Positions 62,312-64,000 of a stretch of 64,000 nucleotides of DNA are shown here, in pieces (the first letter of the stretch is position 1; every line of letters begins with the position of its first letter). Below the pieces are notes generated by a model. It was given only the letters and a program-made list of their open reading frames with translations, did no database searches and had not been told where the DNA came from. Position numbers and translations under genes: made by a program. Origin of the DNA: Chloroflexota bacterium (lineage in GTDB: Bacteria; Chloroflexota; UBA11872; VXOZ01); the NCBI GenBank assembly GCA_963663275.1, contig OY760183.1, positions 2,432,001-2,496,000 of the forward strand, given 5' to 3'.

Positions 62312-63772
62312 CTACTCATCCAAAACCCAAAGGTCTTTACCGCCTCCTCCTTGACTAGAGTTTACGACCAGGCTGCCCCGTCGCAAGGCGACGCGGCAGA
62401 ACGCGCCGGGCACGATGCGCGTCTCGCGGCCGTGCAGCACAAAAGGACGCAAGTCCACGTGGCGCGGTTCGAAACCGCCTTCGATGAAACAGGGCGCCCG
62501 CGAAAGGGCGAGCACGGGCTGGGAGATGAAACCAGCCGGGTCCGCGCGCACCTGCGCGGCGTACTCCCCCCGTTCCTCAGGCGTTGAATGGGGACCGATC
62601 AACATGCCGTAGCCCCCGGACTCGCCGACGCGCTTCACCACCAGGTCTTGCAGATTGTCCAAGGTGTACTCCAGGTCTTCGCGGCGGCGGCAGAGGTAGG
62701 TCTCGACGTTGGCGAGGATCGGCTCCTCGTTCAGGTAGAACCGTATCATCTCCGGCACGAAAGCATAGACGCTCTTGTCGTCGGCCACACCGGTGCCGGG
62801 GGCGTTCACCAGGGCCACGTTGCCTAGCTTGTAGGCGTGCAGCAAGCCGGGCACGCCCAGCAAAGAGTCCGGACGGAATACCAGCGGGTCGATGAAGTCG
62901 TCGTCCACGCGCCGGTAGACCACGTCCACGCGCCGCAAGCCGGTGGTGGTGCGCATGTAGACGAAGCCGTTGTTCACCAGCAAATCGCGGCCTTCCACCA
63001 GTTCCGCGCCAATCTCCCGGGCCAGGAACATGTGCTCGTAGAAGGCGGAATTATAGACCCCGGGCGTCAGCAACACGATGGTGGGATCGGCCTGCCCGCC
63101 CGGCGCGAGTTCGCGCAGGGTCGTCCGCAGAACCTGGCCGTAGTTCTCGATTTCCCGCACGCGAGACCTGCGGTAGAGGCGGCGCATGCTCTTCTTGACC
63201 GCTTCACGGTTGGCCAGCATGTAGGAGACGCCGGAGGGCACCCGCAGGTTATCTTCCAGCACGCGGAAGCCGTCGTTCGTGCGCACGATGTCCGTGCCGC
63301 AAATGGCAACCCACGTGCCGTGCGGAGCGGAAAACCCGCGCATCTCCACGCGGTACTGCGGGCAGCCGCGCACCATGTCTACGGGAATGATCCCTTCGTG
63401 CACGATGCGGGGCTCGCCATAGAGGTCTTTCGCGCGGGACGGCCCATAGACGTCTTCCAGGAAGTGGTTCAGCGCGCGCAACCGCTGGGTCAGGCCCGTC
63501 TCGATGTGCTCCCACTCGCTGCTGGAAAGCACGCGGGGCAGCGAGTCAATCGGAATGATCCGCTCTTCGGCTTCCTCGTCGCCGTACACCGTAAAGGTGA
63601 TGCCTTCATTCAGGAAAGAGCGCGTGACCCGATCCTGAATGCTGCTCAATTCCTCAGCGGATAGGCCGCACAAGAACGTGTAGAGTTCCTGGCAGTGTTC
63701 CCGCGGAGCGCCGTCCGGCAGGAACATCTCGTCGTAGATGTCGGAGTTGAGCGTGTAGTTCTCGAAGTCCAC
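62312..63772 (-). CDS. Circularly permuted type 2 ATP-grasp protein
   Basis: YDEM, GITFTVY, LEDNLRVPSGVSY, NSAFYEH, YRRVDDDF.DP, HVDLRP, VNSSQGGG.KD.WV. Confidence 0.95.
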   Translation of the reverse strand: MDFENYTLNSDIYDEMFLPDGAPREHCQELYTFLCGLSAEELSSIQDRVTRSFLNEGITFTVYGDEEAEERIIPIDSLPRVLSSSEWEHIETGLTQRLRALNHFLEDVYGPSRAKDLYGEPRIVHEGIIPVDMVRGCPQYRVEMRGFSAPHGTWVAICGTDIVRTNDGFRVLEDNLRVPSGVSYMLANREAVKKSMRRLYRRSRVREIENYGQVLRTTLRELAPGGQADPTIVLLTPGVYNSAFYEHMFLAREIGAELVEGRDLLVNNGFVYMRTTTGLRRVDVVYRRVDDDFIDPLVFRPDSLLGVPGLLHAYKLGNVALVNAPGTGVADDKSVYAFVPEMIRFYLNEEPILANVETYLCRRREDLEYTLDNLQDLVVKRVGESGGYGMLIGPHSTPEERGEYAAQVRADPAGFISQPVLALSRAPCFIEGGFEPRHVDLRPFVLHGRETRIVPGAFCRVALRRGSLVVNSSQGGGGKDLWVLDE

Positions 63773-63892
63773 GGCAGTAACTCGTTTGTCAGGCGCCTCT
63801 CGGCTTACGGTCGCCTTGCAGGCGCGGCTTCCTCTAATCGTCTGACGTGACTCGGCTACCCAAGTGAGGAAAGGGCGAAGCGCGGGTATCGG

Positions 63893-64000
63893 CTAGGCCT
63901 CGACCGCCGCCTCGTCCGCTTCCTCGGTTATAACCACCGGCGCCAGCGGTATCTCGATGATCATCTCCGTATACTCGCCCGGTTCGGATTCGACGCGGAT
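63893..64000 (-). CDS. C terminus of a probable histidine kinase (partial, runs off the window)
   Basis: IRVESEPGEYTEMIIEIP..., the typical end of a HATPase_c domain. Confidence 0.65.
   Translation of the reverse strand: MRVESEPGEYTEMIIEIPLAPVVITEEADEAAVEA

Overview
GC-rich bacterial chromosome segment, most likely Chloroflexota (two secreted proteins carry the 'ETGH..F..GG...FGYP..E...Q.FQRARFE' repeat typical of that phylum; this is an inference). From left to right it contains: an amidase; a lon-dnaK-grpE-dnaJ-hspR-clpC heat-shock operon with a HAIR-like operator; aspS; a D-aminopeptidase; an OmpR/HK-htrA envelope-stress cluster with pspA-pspAA; orphan Tat-lipoprotein solute-binding proteins; metabolic and transport genes; four dispersed tRNAs; tatC; and iolB. 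Next to tRNA-Leu(TAG) is a defence hotspot (fic, vapBC, HNH, an unknown membrane protein, HEPN/AbiU2, type IIG R-M). The window ends with a cp-ATP-grasp / amt / alpha-E / transglutaminase operon. Main observations: (1) the defence cargo genes are separated by decayed copies of the 3' end of the R-M gene and of the 5' end of fic, suggesting integrase-free cassette stacking by gene-end replacement; (2) a nest of mobile DNA at 37.9-39.3 kb (a hairpin repeat holding an IS5-like MITE, which holds a second MITE and an IS30); (3) REP elements translated in frame inside the R-M enzyme; (4) an ammonium transporter embedded in the ATP-grasp/alpha-E/transglutaminase operon. No CRISPR array, integrase or rRNA was seen. 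Everything was read by eye; no searches were run.
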